Source: Amoebophrya sp. A120
Lineage: Eukaryota > Protista > Dinoflagellata
NCBI GenBank assembly: GCA_905178155.1
Contig: CAJINV010000003.1
Span: 5,857,985-5,921,984 of the forward strand
Direction: 5' to 3'
Length of the DNA stretch: 64,000 bases
Shown here one piece after another: positions 49,051 through 60,857 of this stretch (position 1 is the stretch's first letter; the number at the start of each line of letters is the position of its first letter). Under the pieces are notes generated by a model that worked only from the letters and a program-made list of their open reading frames with translations, was not told the DNA's origin and did not search any database. Made by a program: the position numbers and the translations under genes.

Positions 49051-51999
49051 CTACTTTCGCCTGCCTTCGCTGCTCCGGTTCTTTCCCGAGCCAGAGGAGT
49101 CACGGCTTTTCCGGGTAGCGCCGGATTCCTGCGAGTCTTGCGAGCGGCGGCTTTTCTTGGAAGACGCAGTGGTTACGGACTCGATGTCAGTCGGTTTGTT
49201 CCTGCTGCTTTTCCCACTTCTGGCAGGATCTGCTTGGCCTCCCCGCGAGGAGGAGGAGGTGGGAGCTCCGTCGTCGCGGCGCTTTTTCTTCTTGCCCGTT
49301 CCGTCGTCCATCGGGGCAGCTCCGTCTGCCGGACAGGTGATCGCGACGTCTTCGGGAATGGCGCATCTTCCGGACGCGTCAGCCCCAGCAGCGCCTGGTT
49401 TTTGCGACACGGGCATGTTCTTCATTTTCATTTCCACCGCGTAACTGTTGGTGTCCAGGTCGCCCCCAACGCCTGCACCTCCTTTTCCGCCCTTCTTGGG
49501 CTTCTCCACAGCGGCCGCTTGCTCCGGCACGGTCTTTTTGCTCGGGTCATGGATGAAGAAGTAGTAAACCGCGACGAGTCCAAGCACGCCTAGAATGCCG
49601 CCTCCGATGATGCCAATCAGGGCGACCGAAGACATGCCCATGTCTTCTTCGTCCATGGCTGCATTACCACCGCCCATACCACCCGCCATGCCCATGGACG
49701 TGGATGTGCTGCCAATGGTGTGCGCGATCACGTTGTTGTACGTGACACAATCACTGCCGCTGCAGGCGGTCCCGCAGGGCAGCTTCCAGCCCTTCTCCGC
49801 GTACCCCTTTTTCACCAGTTCCATGTCGAGCGACAGGTTTCCGCACTCGGCGCACGCCTCCGGAAAGACGCCGTGCGCGCGGGAGGCGTCGCCCTTCTGG
49901 ACGTAGAGCCCCGTCTTGTAGCTCAACGCGGGACAGAACTTGGGCAAAATCGTGAGCGCCTTGTCGTAGTACTTCTCCGCCTCCGCGTAGTTCGGCGTCG
50001 GCCGCTTCCGCCAGGCGTACCCGATGTCCGACTCGATCCAGGCCTCGCAAACCTCGGCGTTGTTGTAGTCCGCGGGCAGCCAGTCGCTGCACCCCAGCCC
50101 GTTTTCCTCCCGCGCGTGGGGCAGCACGCACCACAACCGAAACTGGGCGGTGTCGGCGGCGGCATTGGTGGCGAACCCGTTGGCGAAATCGGCGTCTACG
50201 AAGTAGCCACTCATGGCCATGGCGTAGGTCCAGTGCTTCGCGCCGTTGTACTTGGGGTCCGTGTTCACCATGTTCCGCAGCGTCGCGGTCTTGCTCAGAT
50301 CCGTGACCTGCACCCGGATCTTCTGCTTCGCGTCGGTGCAGTGCCCGGGCACGCTGCACGAGAAGAAGTGCATGCCCTGCTTGTCGCAGTTCATCGTGTA
50401 GGAGCCGCTGGACCCGATCTCGGTCATCTTGGTCGCGTGCGTGAAATCGCAGCCGACGTACTCCGACTCCAAATTGATCCGCTGCACGTCGTGCTGCATG
50501 TTGGCGTTGGTCCACTTGAACCGGATCTTGTTGCCCTTGTCGCAGACCAGCATTTTGTACTCCTGCCCCGTCATCAGGCTCCAGTCCAGCTCGTGGATTT
50601 CGCTCACGCCCGCGGTCTCGGTGTTCGACACGCTTTGCACCTGGAACCCGCTGGTGGTGCTGCCGCCGCTGGAAAGCTCGATGTTGGTCTTTTGCTTGAT
50701 CTTCGAAGCCATGTCGGATTCCTGCAGTTTCGAAGTCATGGCACTCACTTCACTGTCGTCCGCGACTTTCAGCTCAAAGTCCACACTCAGCGAAGACGAG
50801 CTGGTAGTGAGCAAGCGCGAGGAGTACGAGTAGTAGTTTGCGTTGATGCTGCCGTGATTGCTTTCTTGTCGGTTCATGTTCGTCATGATCTCTTGCGGTC
50901 GTGGTGCCATAACGCCCCCGCGAAGGAATTTATTTTCGGTGTCGTGCTCGGTTGGTGGCGCGGAAAGTTGCAGCTGCCTTCTTGTACTTGTCGCGGACGA
51001 TGCTGATGTTGATCCGGCAGAAGCAGTCGCACTACTGCTTGCCGGTTCTGCCTGGCGAACGTCAATCACGCGGCATTCCGTGGCGTCCGCGGCGTTCATG
51101 GCAGATTTGACGCCCTTGCAGAGTGCGGTGGTGAAGTCCGCGTCATTTTTCAGGCTGGAAATTTCCTTGCCCGCCGGAATGGTCATGTCGAGCACCGCCG
51201 GCACGGCAACGACCTTCTCGGTGGCCTGGAAGGCGAAATTCGGCGGTGCGTCCGTCTGTGGCGGCGCGGTCGTTGTGGTCGTGCGGTACACCATGGGGGG
51301 TTGCGTCATCTGTGGCGCCAGGGCGTTCATGGTAGCCTGGTCCATCATTTGCATGCCCGAACCGGTACTGGACGTGGTTGATGTTCCTCCCATCGTTCCC
51401 TGGCCCGCGGACGGCTGCTGGCGCACCGACACGGGAGCGGGCACGGGTACCGGCATGGGTGCGGGTGTCGGCACGGGCTGCGGAACCGGTTGCGGCTGGG
51501 GCACCGGCTGCGGAACCGGCACTGGCTGTGGAACGGGTTGCGGAACGGGCATCGGCTGCGGAGCCGGTGCTGGAGGGGTGTAAACCGGCATCGGTACGGG
51601 AGCGGGCGCTGGCGGAGTGTACACGGGCATCGGGGCCGGAGCCGGTGCTGGAGGGGTGTAAACCGGCATCGGCGCTGGCGCTGGAGGTGTGTAAACCGGC
51701 ATCGGGGCCGGCGCCGGTGGGGTATACACGGGCATCGGCGCTGGCGCTGGCATTGGCGAGTACGCGGCCGGTGAGCCTTTGGTTCCCGGAAGCCGTCTCA
51801 ATACACCCTCGACCCACACCCACTCGTAGAGTTCTTCATGGTCCTCCGGCACCGCCTCGTCGGTGTGCGGCGTATTATAGGCGTGGTCAGAATTGTTCTC
51901 GTTCATCCCCACCTTGCTGCCACTGGTGGTCCCGGCGTTGGCAGCGAATACCAGGGCCAGGAGAAAGAAACACGCGAAACGGAAAAGCGGGAGGCTCAT
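49051..51999 (-). CDS. Type I membrane surface protein: signal peptide, Pro-rich repeats, phytocyanin/cupredoxin-like domain, TPR-like region, TM helix, basic tail
   Basis: Signal MSLPLFRFACFFLLALVFAANAG. HDVQ...GCDF...HFFSCSVPGHCTDAKQK supplies type-1 Cu ligands H, C, H, Q. TPR-like YAEAEKYYDKAL. TM VALIGIIGGGILGVLGLVAVYYFFI. Intronless. Confidence 0.8.
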   Translation of the reverse strand: MSLPLFRFACFFLLALVFAANAGTTSGSKVGMNENNSDHAYNTPHTDEAVPEDHEELYEWVWVEGVLRRLPGTKGSPAAYSPMPAPAPMPVYTPPAPAPMPVYTPPAPAPMPVYTPPAPAPAPMPVYTPPAPAPVPMPVYTPPAPAPQPMPVPQPVPQPVPVPQPVPQPQPVPQPVPTPAPMPVPVPAPVSVRQQPSAGQGTMGGTSTTSSTGSGMQMMDQATMNALAPQMTQPPMVYRTTTTTAPPQTDAPPNFAFQATEKVVAVPAVLDMTIPAGKEISSLKNDADFTTALCKGVKSAMNAADATECRVIDVRQAEPASSSATASAGSTSASSATSTRRQLQLSAPPTEHDTENKFLRGGVMAPRPQEIMTNMNRQESNHGSINANYYSYSSRLLTTSSSSLSVDFELKVADDSEVSAMTSKLQESDMASKIKQKTNIELSSGGSTTSGFQVQSVSNTETAGVSEIHELDWSLMTGQEYKMLVCDKGNKIRFKWTNANMQHDVQRINLESEYVGCDFTHATKMTEIGSSGSYTMNCDKQGMHFFSCSVPGHCTDAKQKIRVQVTDLSKTATLRNMVNTDPKYNGAKHWTYAMAMSGYFVDADFANGFATNAAADTAQFRLWCVLPHAREENGLGCSDWLPADYNNAEVCEAWIESDIGYAWRKRPTPNYAEAEKYYDKALTILPKFCPALSYKTGLYVQKGDASRAHGVFPEACAECGNLSLDMELVKKGYAEKGWKLPCGTACSGSDCVTYNNVIAHTIGSTSTSMGMAGGMGGGNAAMDEEDMGMSSVALIGIIGGGILGVLGLVAVYYFFIHDPSKKTVPEQAAAVEKPKKGGKGGAGVGGDLDTNSYAVEMKMKNMPVSQKPGAAGADASGRCAIPEDVAITCPADGAAPMDDGTGKKKKRRDDGAPTSSSSRGGQADPARSGKSSRNKPTDIESVTTASSKKSRRSQDSQESGATRKSRDSSGSGKNRSSEGRRK
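51440..51755 (-). repeat. Coding tandem repeats (PAPAPMPVYTP)n and (PVPQ)n
   Basis: About 5 units of 33-39 nt followed by 12-nt units, seen in both DNA and translation. Confidence 0.9.
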
Positions 52000-53082
52000 C
52001 GTGGTCCCTGTTACTCTCTTCAGACTGTAGCTGACCAGAGGGTCGCCACGCGTTCCGTGGTCTGGTACCGACATGATTGGAAGGGGAAATAACCTCCTCC
52101 GACTCTAGATGAAAAATAGGTTATCTATACTTCTCGAGTTTTACCTCGTCCAGGAGGCCGAGAATGGTTCAAATTTTCTACACAAAGGAAAAAAAAACTG
52201 CACAAGAATGCCTGTTGTGTTATTTGTCACTACAACAATTTTGTTGAGCACAACAAAGGAGAAAAACGATTGCTGTGCCAAAAGAGGGGTAGAAATCGTA
52301 TGTGTGAACTACTTTAGTGGCTCAAATGGAAGCACAATGAAGCTCAAGAAGATAAAACGGCTCAATAACTGAATCCGTTGATGTTTGTACTGCAACACAC
52401 AAATATGCACACGTATGACAGTTGTAGCAGGTTCTTACAGGAGAAACAAGGGGTACTGCGGATTTCAGAAATGATGTGAATTGCGTCAGTCGCAAAGGAA
52501 AAGAAAGGGGTCCACCGCAAAAAAACGAACCTAGTTTGAAAAAGCGAAAATGGAAAATTACCGAGTGCGCGACTCTACTCTCACGAATTTCATTTATTTT
52601 GCCTACCTGAATTTGGCTTTTCCGAATTTATTTGTGGAACGAAAGGCTTGATTTTTCGAATTAACGACGCACGTCGATTCGTTGTGTACGTACCGATGAT
52701 TATTGTTGCATTCGTACGAGCGCTACGCAGTGCCGATGCAGTCGTTTGCCTGTCCCGTCCGCAAGTCTAGTACACGATATGTAATATTGCAGAAAGCTGC
52801 GCAAACGTGTACCGAATCTTGGAAAGTTAAGTCGAAACAGAACACTGGAACAGTACATGCGCGCTTGTTTTTTTTTCAATTCTACAAATTCTCAAAGCGC
52901 TGTGCACGCAAAGTGAGGAGGCGGGGCAGCGCTCGCTGCAGCTACTGGCCCCGGTAGGAACATGGCGCATGTGATTGTGCACGGTTTTGTGGCTGGTTTA
53001 TTTGTAAGTATGTGTACGTTCTTCCCGAAAGCACAATTTTCGGGTGGACAGAAAAGTGCAAGTGAGGCAAAGGGTCGCTACT

Positions 53083-56000
53083 CTAGCCTCCTTCGAGTTC
53101 CGCATTTATCTGAGCAAGGGTAGCCGGCTGCGCAGGTTGCAGAAACGGCTCGCTACAGTGTTCACGGTGTTCCGCAACGTGAGTAACCATATTCGACAGC
53201 CATTGTCTGACCTGCAGTTGAATCACGGTCAGCTGAAGCAACTCGCTCCCCATGCTATTTAGATCGCGGAGAAGGCGGTTCCCCCATGGGTGCGCAGGTG
53301 TATAGTAGGTCGCAGCGGTGGGCGAAGAAGATGCGTTGCTTTCGCCTCTATCTGGACTCTGTAGCGGAGTTGCACTTGCGGCTAGCTGATCTACGAAGTG
53401 CGGATTCTGTGCCACTTCGAGTAGCGATTGCCGGAACCGTGTTTGCATCGTGTCGAAAGCCCTGGCGAAGATTCTCTTCATGTTTTCGCCAGATATCACT
53501 TTCAGCAGTACTCGGTACATGCTACTTACATCCTTGACGAGCGCTGCACACACATCGTGTGGCGCAGGCGGTAGTGCCGTTTCAGCATTTGCAGTGGTAG
53601 AAGAAGCTCCACCGCCTGCGATATTAGTAGCAACTGTGTCATCTGACTGCTGCTCTACCTCTGTTACAACTGTTGCAGAACTCCCGCGCGCTCTACTGGT
53701 ACCGACCTTTACAGCTCCGCGATCCGAATCCTCGGCTTGTGTGGAGGTAGTGTCTGGATCGTCGCCTTCTACTGTTGGGTCACCCCGAGCAGGTGCCGTA
53801 CCTTCGTCTACTTCTTGGTTCCCGTCTGCTGCTTTTTCCTTTATTTCTACTGCGGCTGCGCCCTCGGTGGCGAGAGCTTCGCTTCTACCGCTTTGCTCGG
53901 CCGCAAGAGCAGTTTCCACCTGTGCCGTCAGGGGACTACTTGATGTCGCCGCCGCGAGAAGTAGCTGCGGTGGCAAGGCCGGGTGTGGTGTGGAGAACAG
54001 CGCCTTGGCGTGCACGTCGTATCGCATTTCCAGGATCTCCGACAGTTTTCCCAGAAGCTTTTGGTGGTGGTCTTCGAAGTCGCCAACCGTTTTTCCGAAA
54101 TCAGCCAGCAGCGCCATTCGTGTCCGGTTTACAATCGACGCTGCAGCGGAGGTTGTTATACTAGCAGGCTGCTGCAGTGCGGGTGCTCCGGCGGTGGGCG
54201 TCACCACAGACGAGGATGACGAACTACTTGAGGGCCTCTCGAGAATCAGGCACTTTTGCAGCTGCTCTTGAAGTTTCGGAACCAATGCCATGTACATCCC
54301 GCACGTCTGGCTGCATAATGCAATGTTGGTCGCGGTCACTTTCTTTAATACCTGATTTTGATATAGAAAAGATAAAGATTTAAAAAAAAGATTTGCACGA
54401 TGAAACGAAACTAGGAATAGTGCAGATTTGCAGGCCTGCAAGTTGACACTTTGCCAGTAGTAGAAAACGAAATTTATATATATACCTTGTTGGTTTTTGC
54501 TTCTCCGAACAACACAAGCTGCTGCATTTGCCGATTGAAAAGTTTGAAGAGATGGGTGAGCCGCTGCACTGCTTCGACGGCAACGCTTTGCAGCGCGCGG
54601 CAGAGCTGCAGGTATTCCTGTGCGATTTTAAGCATCATCAGCGCACTGGGAACCACCAGGAAGTGGCTCTTCTCCACTTTCAAAAACTTCTCAGAGTGCT
54701 GGCTCTCTTGCTCCAGATGCTGTTGTCGTGCGGGTACGGACGGTGTTTGCTGATCGGCGGAAGAAGCAGCGCCGTTACCAGCACCCTGAGTGGCTGAAGC
54801 AGGATTGATGTTCGCGGTATCAGCAATACCAAGTATGCGCTTTTCGGCCTCAGATACCTCCGGTGTTGTTGTCACGGTTTCACCGCCCTCGTGAAAGGAC
54901 TGCAACATTTGTTGAACCTCGGCGGCATCCGGCATCATGGCGGGCGGTGCGGCAGGTTTGTGCGGTGCATCTTCTGGTCGTACGGGGGCAACACTACTCG
55001 GCGCTGTTGAAACAGTACTCGCTGCTCGGGGCGAAAACTCTACTTCCTCGGTTTCGCCGGCCAAAAACCGAACGTAGGCCCGGTGCTCCTTGGTTGCGTC
55101 GCAGCGTTCCCACCGCTCTTATCAAAAGTAAAAGTGTCTGGGTCTGGAAACTTGTGATGCTGGGTGGCGTCTCATGATGAGGCTACAAATGCTGGCTCAG
55201 CATGACAAGTTTCTGAGCTCCTAGGTGTTGCCTATTCTGCATGACAGACTGCGCTTCTGCATCACAGAAAAACGGAGCTCTTGGGTAACGTGCATGACAG
55301 ATTTAAGAATCATGCCAGACAAGCATGACAGACATGAATTCTTCCAGACCCAGACATTTTTACAGTTGATAGCTCTTCAGCTAAAACCATCTGCACGTGC
55401 GCGACCTTGCGGTGGTGAAACTCTTCCACGTATCGAAAGGAAAAATCCCCCCTCCCCATATCAAAACGGAGTTTCTGTGTACACGAATCAGGTTTGTATT
55501 GCGGAGAGGCATTGCGGCCAGATCCCCGGGCTAGGTAGGGGCGTATGGGTCTAGTTGTTCAGCACGGCAAACGGCTCCCCTTTAGGCCCAACAGCATGAC
55601 AAATCGCCTCCATAATGGGGCGGAAGCTTCTGCCCTTGTCTTCTTGCAAAACAAATGTGATTTGTGACCTCAAATCAGCAACACAAATTTTCGGAAACAT
55701 AGCTTTTCGATATGGGGAGGGGGGATTTTTCCTTTTGATACCACGATTGCCTTCGATTGGGTGTACAGAATCGCACGAAGGCTCGCTGCGACGTCCACTA
55801 TTTTCTTGCTCACGACTGCTGCACTTACACTTACAGCCGCTTGAGGAGGTACTATCGTGATGTCCTCGACAGGTGCATTTTTTGAGCTGGTTCCCCTCTT
55901 ACTGTCTACCGCTTCGGAGCTCGAAGACACTGATGATGAAGCACTGCTGCTGCTGCCGTCAACTTTCATTTCTTGTGCCAAAACAGTTGCTTGTTGCGCA

Positions 56001-59000
56001 AGAATTTCTTCCTGGCGTTGCACCTCCGAAAGCAGCGGGTCCACAGCAGTGCGGTGTAGCGTCTCGAGCATGCGCGACGTCAAATCGAGGATGCCACGCC
56101 AATCACTGTAGTACAGGTTCTGGTGCTCCTGCTGCCGGTATCCTATCAACGTGCCGACCTGTGAGAATGCGCGGATGGGGTTGTACAGATCGCAACCACG
56201 TGCAGATCCACCTCGACCTCCTTATCGATCGGATCACGCAATAAATCTAAATAAACGTTTAGTATATCATGGCGAAAATAATTCCGACCATGATGAATGT
56301 CTATGGCAGGATCAGGCTCAAGGTCAAGAGGCTCTTCCCGCCCGTGGAGTGGTGTAGGTGAAGGTGTTCTACTTCTTGTTTCATAAACAAGTTTATTCAC
56401 TTATTTCAAAAGTACCTTTTGAATTAGTGTTGACAAGGCGACTTCAAAACACCGCACAACTTCGGCAAAGATCCCGCGTCGGTCGCTTGCGTCCAGGCCG
56501 GGGGCCGCTAGCATGAAAAGAAGCAGCGATTTGAGACGCGCACCCACGTCGAGAACGATCCAGCGCAAGATGGCGCCCCAGAAAAACACAAACTGGTCGT
56601 GGTTCAGGCTCTGCAGTCGGATTTGGAAGGAACCTCTGCTGGCCGCCGGCGGTGGCTGCGACGAAGCAGAGTTGCTTTCACCGGACGTCGCCGCGGCGCT
56701 GTTGTGCCTCTGCTCCGCCTCGCTTAGGATTTGCGAAGTGACCAGCTTCAGGGAGTGCTTCAGCTGTGTGAGCAGCGCGTCGCGAAAGCCGGCGCTGAGA
56801 CATGCCTTTAAGGTACGGCGACGGATCAGCGCAGAAAGCAGTTCTTCGTAGAGCGCCCAAGGTCTAGACAACTCCACCACGTCGCTCGCGCTGCTTTCCT
56901 TGCTTCGAAACGACGACCGCCCGGCGCCGGCGGACGACCGTACGCCGGTGATTGTGCTCGTCAGAGCCGTCACTGACGCCGCTGCCGCTGGCGAACCTGG
57001 ACGCGAGTGGCCTGAATCCTCTGCCGCTTGCTGTGGTTGAGCCGTATCGTCGGCTTTACTGGCAGTCCGGCTACGACGGCTCTGAAGCAGCGTTCCGATG
57101 TCCGGAATGTCCGGCGGTGCCGCCTCCTGAACAGAAACCTCAGTAGAACCACCGCCCGCCGCGGAGGGCAGGGTCAGCTCAGCCCGCGTGCTGTGCTGCC
57201 ACGTGGCCTCCGCGGCCGCAGCGAGGTCTACGGCCTGCTGTGTGAACCTCTCGGCAAAGGTGGATTCCATCGACTTAGCCAGGGCTGCGAGGCTTTCTCG
57301 GATGTTTCTCACACATGCAAGCCCACCGAGCATGTCCTTGCGGTCAATGGCGGCCGTTGTGCTCTCGAGAAGATCCAGGGCGGTGCCAAAATCTTGTGCT
57401 GCGAGCAACATCTGTTGTATTTGCATAAATGGGAGAATATGACTTCGGTAGTGAACGCAATGCTTATTGTTCGGCCGAGACGCAAAACATATTCAAAACG
57501 TGAGAAGAATTCTAGATGTAAGTCTCTCCTAGTGCGAATGATTCATTACTTGGATCGTCGGGATGCTTTCCTTGACGGTAAGAATTAGATCCACGCGGCG
57601 GCGCAGGTCCTGCGTTCGGTTCCGTACCATTCCGAGGCGAGCGATTTTCCGACCGCGCGCGTAGCTGGTCTTAAATTGCTGCCAGTCCTTCACTACGGTT
57701 TTCTCTGCGTGTTGGACCTTTTTGGTTTGCTTCAGCAACGCACCAAGAGAGAGAAGCATTGTCTCGAAGAGCCGCATCCGGTGCGCCTGGCGGACTTGCG
57801 CAAACAGAGCCTCTTCGATAACAGACAGATACTCCTGCAGGCCCGCGCTTACTTGGTCCTGGTTTGCGAAGCTCTTTGCGATGCTCTGGCGAAACACGTC
57901 GTGGTCTTCCAGGCGGAATTCCCGGCGAAAGTAGACCTCTGGAATCTGCTCGTAAACCGCCGCGAGCTGTTCCTCGTTGCTTTCGCGGTTGCTACGTTCC
58001 TCTTGCAGGTCAAAGTCATATTGATCGTCGGCACCAGGTGGTCGTCTCGCCGTGTTCGTCGCTGCTGTTCCCCCCGGCGCAACCCCTTGTCGCGTTTTCG
58101 ACAGCCAGGCCTCGTAGTTGCGGCAAAAGGTGGCCACTTCAGAGTTTCCGAGGTTGTCGAAATACTCGCGAAAATCCTCAAAGGACACCGCTTGGCCGGC
58201 GAGAAGGGCGTTCTGTCCTGTTGTGACGTTGTTTTCTGCAGCTCCAGTCGTGTCAGTCTGCGACGCTGGTCCCCCACCGGAGGCACTAGTAGTCGTGCCT
58301 GCAGTTGATGTCATTTGTTGCAGAAGAACACCCGCGGCGGAGGTTGCTGCACTTCCACCGCTGGTGCCTGAACCGTTCGGCGTTCCAGGAGCTGCCCCGG
58401 TCGACGTGGTTGATTCCCCGCCGTAGAAGTTGGGAATTTCAAAGCCGGACTGGCCCATCTCGACCAGGCGTTCGAACCCCTTTTTGCTGGTGACGCCGCG
58501 CAAGACATCCTTCACCTGGATTTCAGTGCGCTTCCAAGGGTTACTGGACACGCGGTTTGGGTTGTTCACGATAGAAGAGAGGGTTTGCGACGTGTAGGCA
58601 AGCTGGTTTTTGTTTTTGTAGAACTCCTTCACCACGTCGAATGGCTCGGCCCCAGCAGGTGTAGCTCCGTTGCTTAGCGCGGACGCGGAGGGTCCGCTAC
58701 TAGGGGAACTCGCTCCGACGCTGACACCATCGCCAATTGGCCCCGGGGGCCTCGTGGTGGACGAGGAAGACGCTGCAGTTCCGGGAAACAAATTTGAAGC
58801 CACTTTTGGTTTTTTTATCCTGCCCCGCTTCAGTGATGTGTTTTTGAAGGCGGGAAGATCCCCGGGTGTGTCGCCAAATTCTCGCTCCTCGTCTTCGTCG
58901 GATAGGTTCATGGCGTTCCCGTCGTCTCCAGCATGCTGCGATGCAGCTGCCATCGTTGTGGCATCCGTGCCTATAGTAGAAGCAGCTTCAGATGTTGCCA

Positions 59001-59103
59001 TCCGAGCGACCGCTGGATTCCCGCTTGCTGACAGTGGCGCGGAAGGTACTCTGGGTGGACTGTGATCGCTTAACAACGTAGGGCTTCTGGCATCGACCGT
59101 CAT
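53083..59103 (-). CDS. VPS54: VPS54 (GARP complex subunit); exons 59103-57550, 57411-56416, 56158-55741, 55425-55372, 55114-54486, 54351-53083
   Basis: IPEVYF...F.L, LQEYLSVIEEALFAQV, IPTIQ|MLLAAQDFGTALDLL, QSKAIVEEFHHRK...LAEERW, LFKLFNRQMQQLVLFG and LKKVTATNIALCSQ. GT-AG introns 57412-57549, 56159-56415 and 54352-54485, plus introners I10 and I9. Confidence 0.9.
55120..55371. mobile_element. Introner I9 (252 bp), family A
   Basis: TIR TATCAA..GTAAAA.TGTCTGGGTCTGGAA. TSD GCTCT (55115-19/55372-76). Removal restores VPS54 LAEE|RWE. Confidence 0.95.
55431..55740. mobile_element. Introner I10 (310 bp), family C, inverted relative to I2
   Basis: 36-bp TIR TATCRAAAGGAAAAATCCCCCCTCCCCATATCRAAA. 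TSD CCACG (55426-30/55741-45). Removal restores KAIV|EEFHHRK. Confidence 0.95.
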
Positions 59104-60857
59104 GCGCAACCGCCCACACGTTCTGCTACAACAAATCCAGGCTGCGTTCTCGGGAGGTCAAATACAGAAGCGGAGCTGAGCAGCAGCAGATGGATACCAC
59201 ATCCATTACATCAACAATCCACACCGACTTGCAAAACGATTCTGCATTATCACTTATCAGATCAGAACTTTTTCACTTACGGGTACACAAGTTAAAAAAC
59301 AAAATTGAGAAAATGCGTTTGGAACATTTTGTTTTTGTTGAATCTCTACTTCAAGAGACCGAGACGGCCATGATTTTTCATTGAACGTGCTGCGAGGACG
59401 AAAAGCGAACAAAATTTCGCTGGCCAATAATAAAAAGTGCAGGAGGAAAAGGAAGGCAGGGAATTTAGGCCTAGGCGTTTGTTGTCATAAAACTATTTTT
59501 GTGTTCATACACTTGCTACATTGATATTCGTAGTTGGACTTTGCCGAGATTGCTTTCTTCCACAACGAAAGTGCCGGTACCAAGAGATGCAGGCAATAAA
59601 CACGAAACGATGAAGATCGGGAAGACAACATATGATCGTCCAAGGAAGAACATCGTGCGACTCGTCAATGTCAGTTGCACCGGAAAAAGAGGGCGATGGA
59701 TGCTTCAACGTCCGGATTTGAGAAGAATGTGCTTCACCTATAAAATGGCTGTGGACCACAGGGAAATCGATCTCCAATTTACGCAAGCCCAAGAAGCCCA
59801 GAACGTTTATTCATTGATGTTTTAGTTTTTGCTTGGTCCTAGTTCTGAACGAATTGTCCTGTTGACATCGTTCTATTTGCGACCTTCACAACGAGGTCAG
59901 AGAACGTGTACTACTGCGCTCCTCGCAGAGCCAGCAGCACACCGGTCGTCAATTGTGTCGCTGTTCATCATGACATGATGAATGGTTTGAGTCCGAGCGG
60001 GGCGCGAGATAAAGATTCAAATTCACTTTGGTACTACGCGATATCACTTGAATCGATTTATTGTCGTAATCTGGTATCTCAACGTGTTCCAAACCTTGTT
60101 CGCAAAAGTGAATCAAGGCTACGTGTAGCGGTAGCCTGCATTATCACTGGTCGTTCAAGATTCCAGCCACATTATCATCGCAAGGAAAAAAAAAGACTGG
60201 TCATTCACTTACTCAGATTGTCTCGTAAGCATCGTTCCAGTTGTAGTATCGCGCTCCTGTGCTGTTACCTAAGCTCTCAGTCTACGAGAAGTCGCGGAAT
60301 TAAGTATTCGCTATTTGCCAATGCATGCACTGTAGTCATCTACGTACTACACTCGAAGTTGCATGGAGGTTGACAAACAAAAAGAAAATGTACCAGGTGT
60401 TCATCTGAGGTTTTCATTTAGTCGCTGTTGCTGAAGCCGAGCACATTTCACTTAGATAGTTGACACTGACTGCGTGCGTTTGGCTTAAGGCACGAGTTGC
60501 ATGTACTAAGCTCCGTTGTAGTAGCAGTCAAGTGATTCAAAATTGAGCGCAGTACAGCAGTCTGCATCCATACCTCCGTCTGCACAATTTCCTTGATTAC
60601 CCCGAGGCGGCGACGATCGAGTTACGCTGCGACGATCGCTGACTCTGACATGTTTTTAGCTGCATCTCTCGGTCGCACGGACACAGATTCAAAAGAACGA
60701 AGCGCCAGACTAGGAAAGCGATGGCGTGTAGTCGTAGTTGCAAGCACAGGTTGTTGTAGCTCAGGTGGCTGGTATAGCTGTAGCTCGACGGGCGGAGAAC
60801 GAGGGAATTTGAACTTCTGGAAGATGAAGAATGACACTACCAGGAGAGACCAAACCA

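Noticed and set aside
49720-51006. 428-aa + strand ORF
   Set aside because: Antisense shadow of the cupredoxin surface protein.
52315-52350. TGGCTCAA / GCTCAAG as a dinoflagellate spliced-leader relic
   Set aside because: Only 7-8 nt of match, which is expected by chance.
56146-56400. 84-aa ORF within VPS54
   Set aside because: Lies inside the GT-AG intron 56159-56415, whose removal gives a good VPS54 join.
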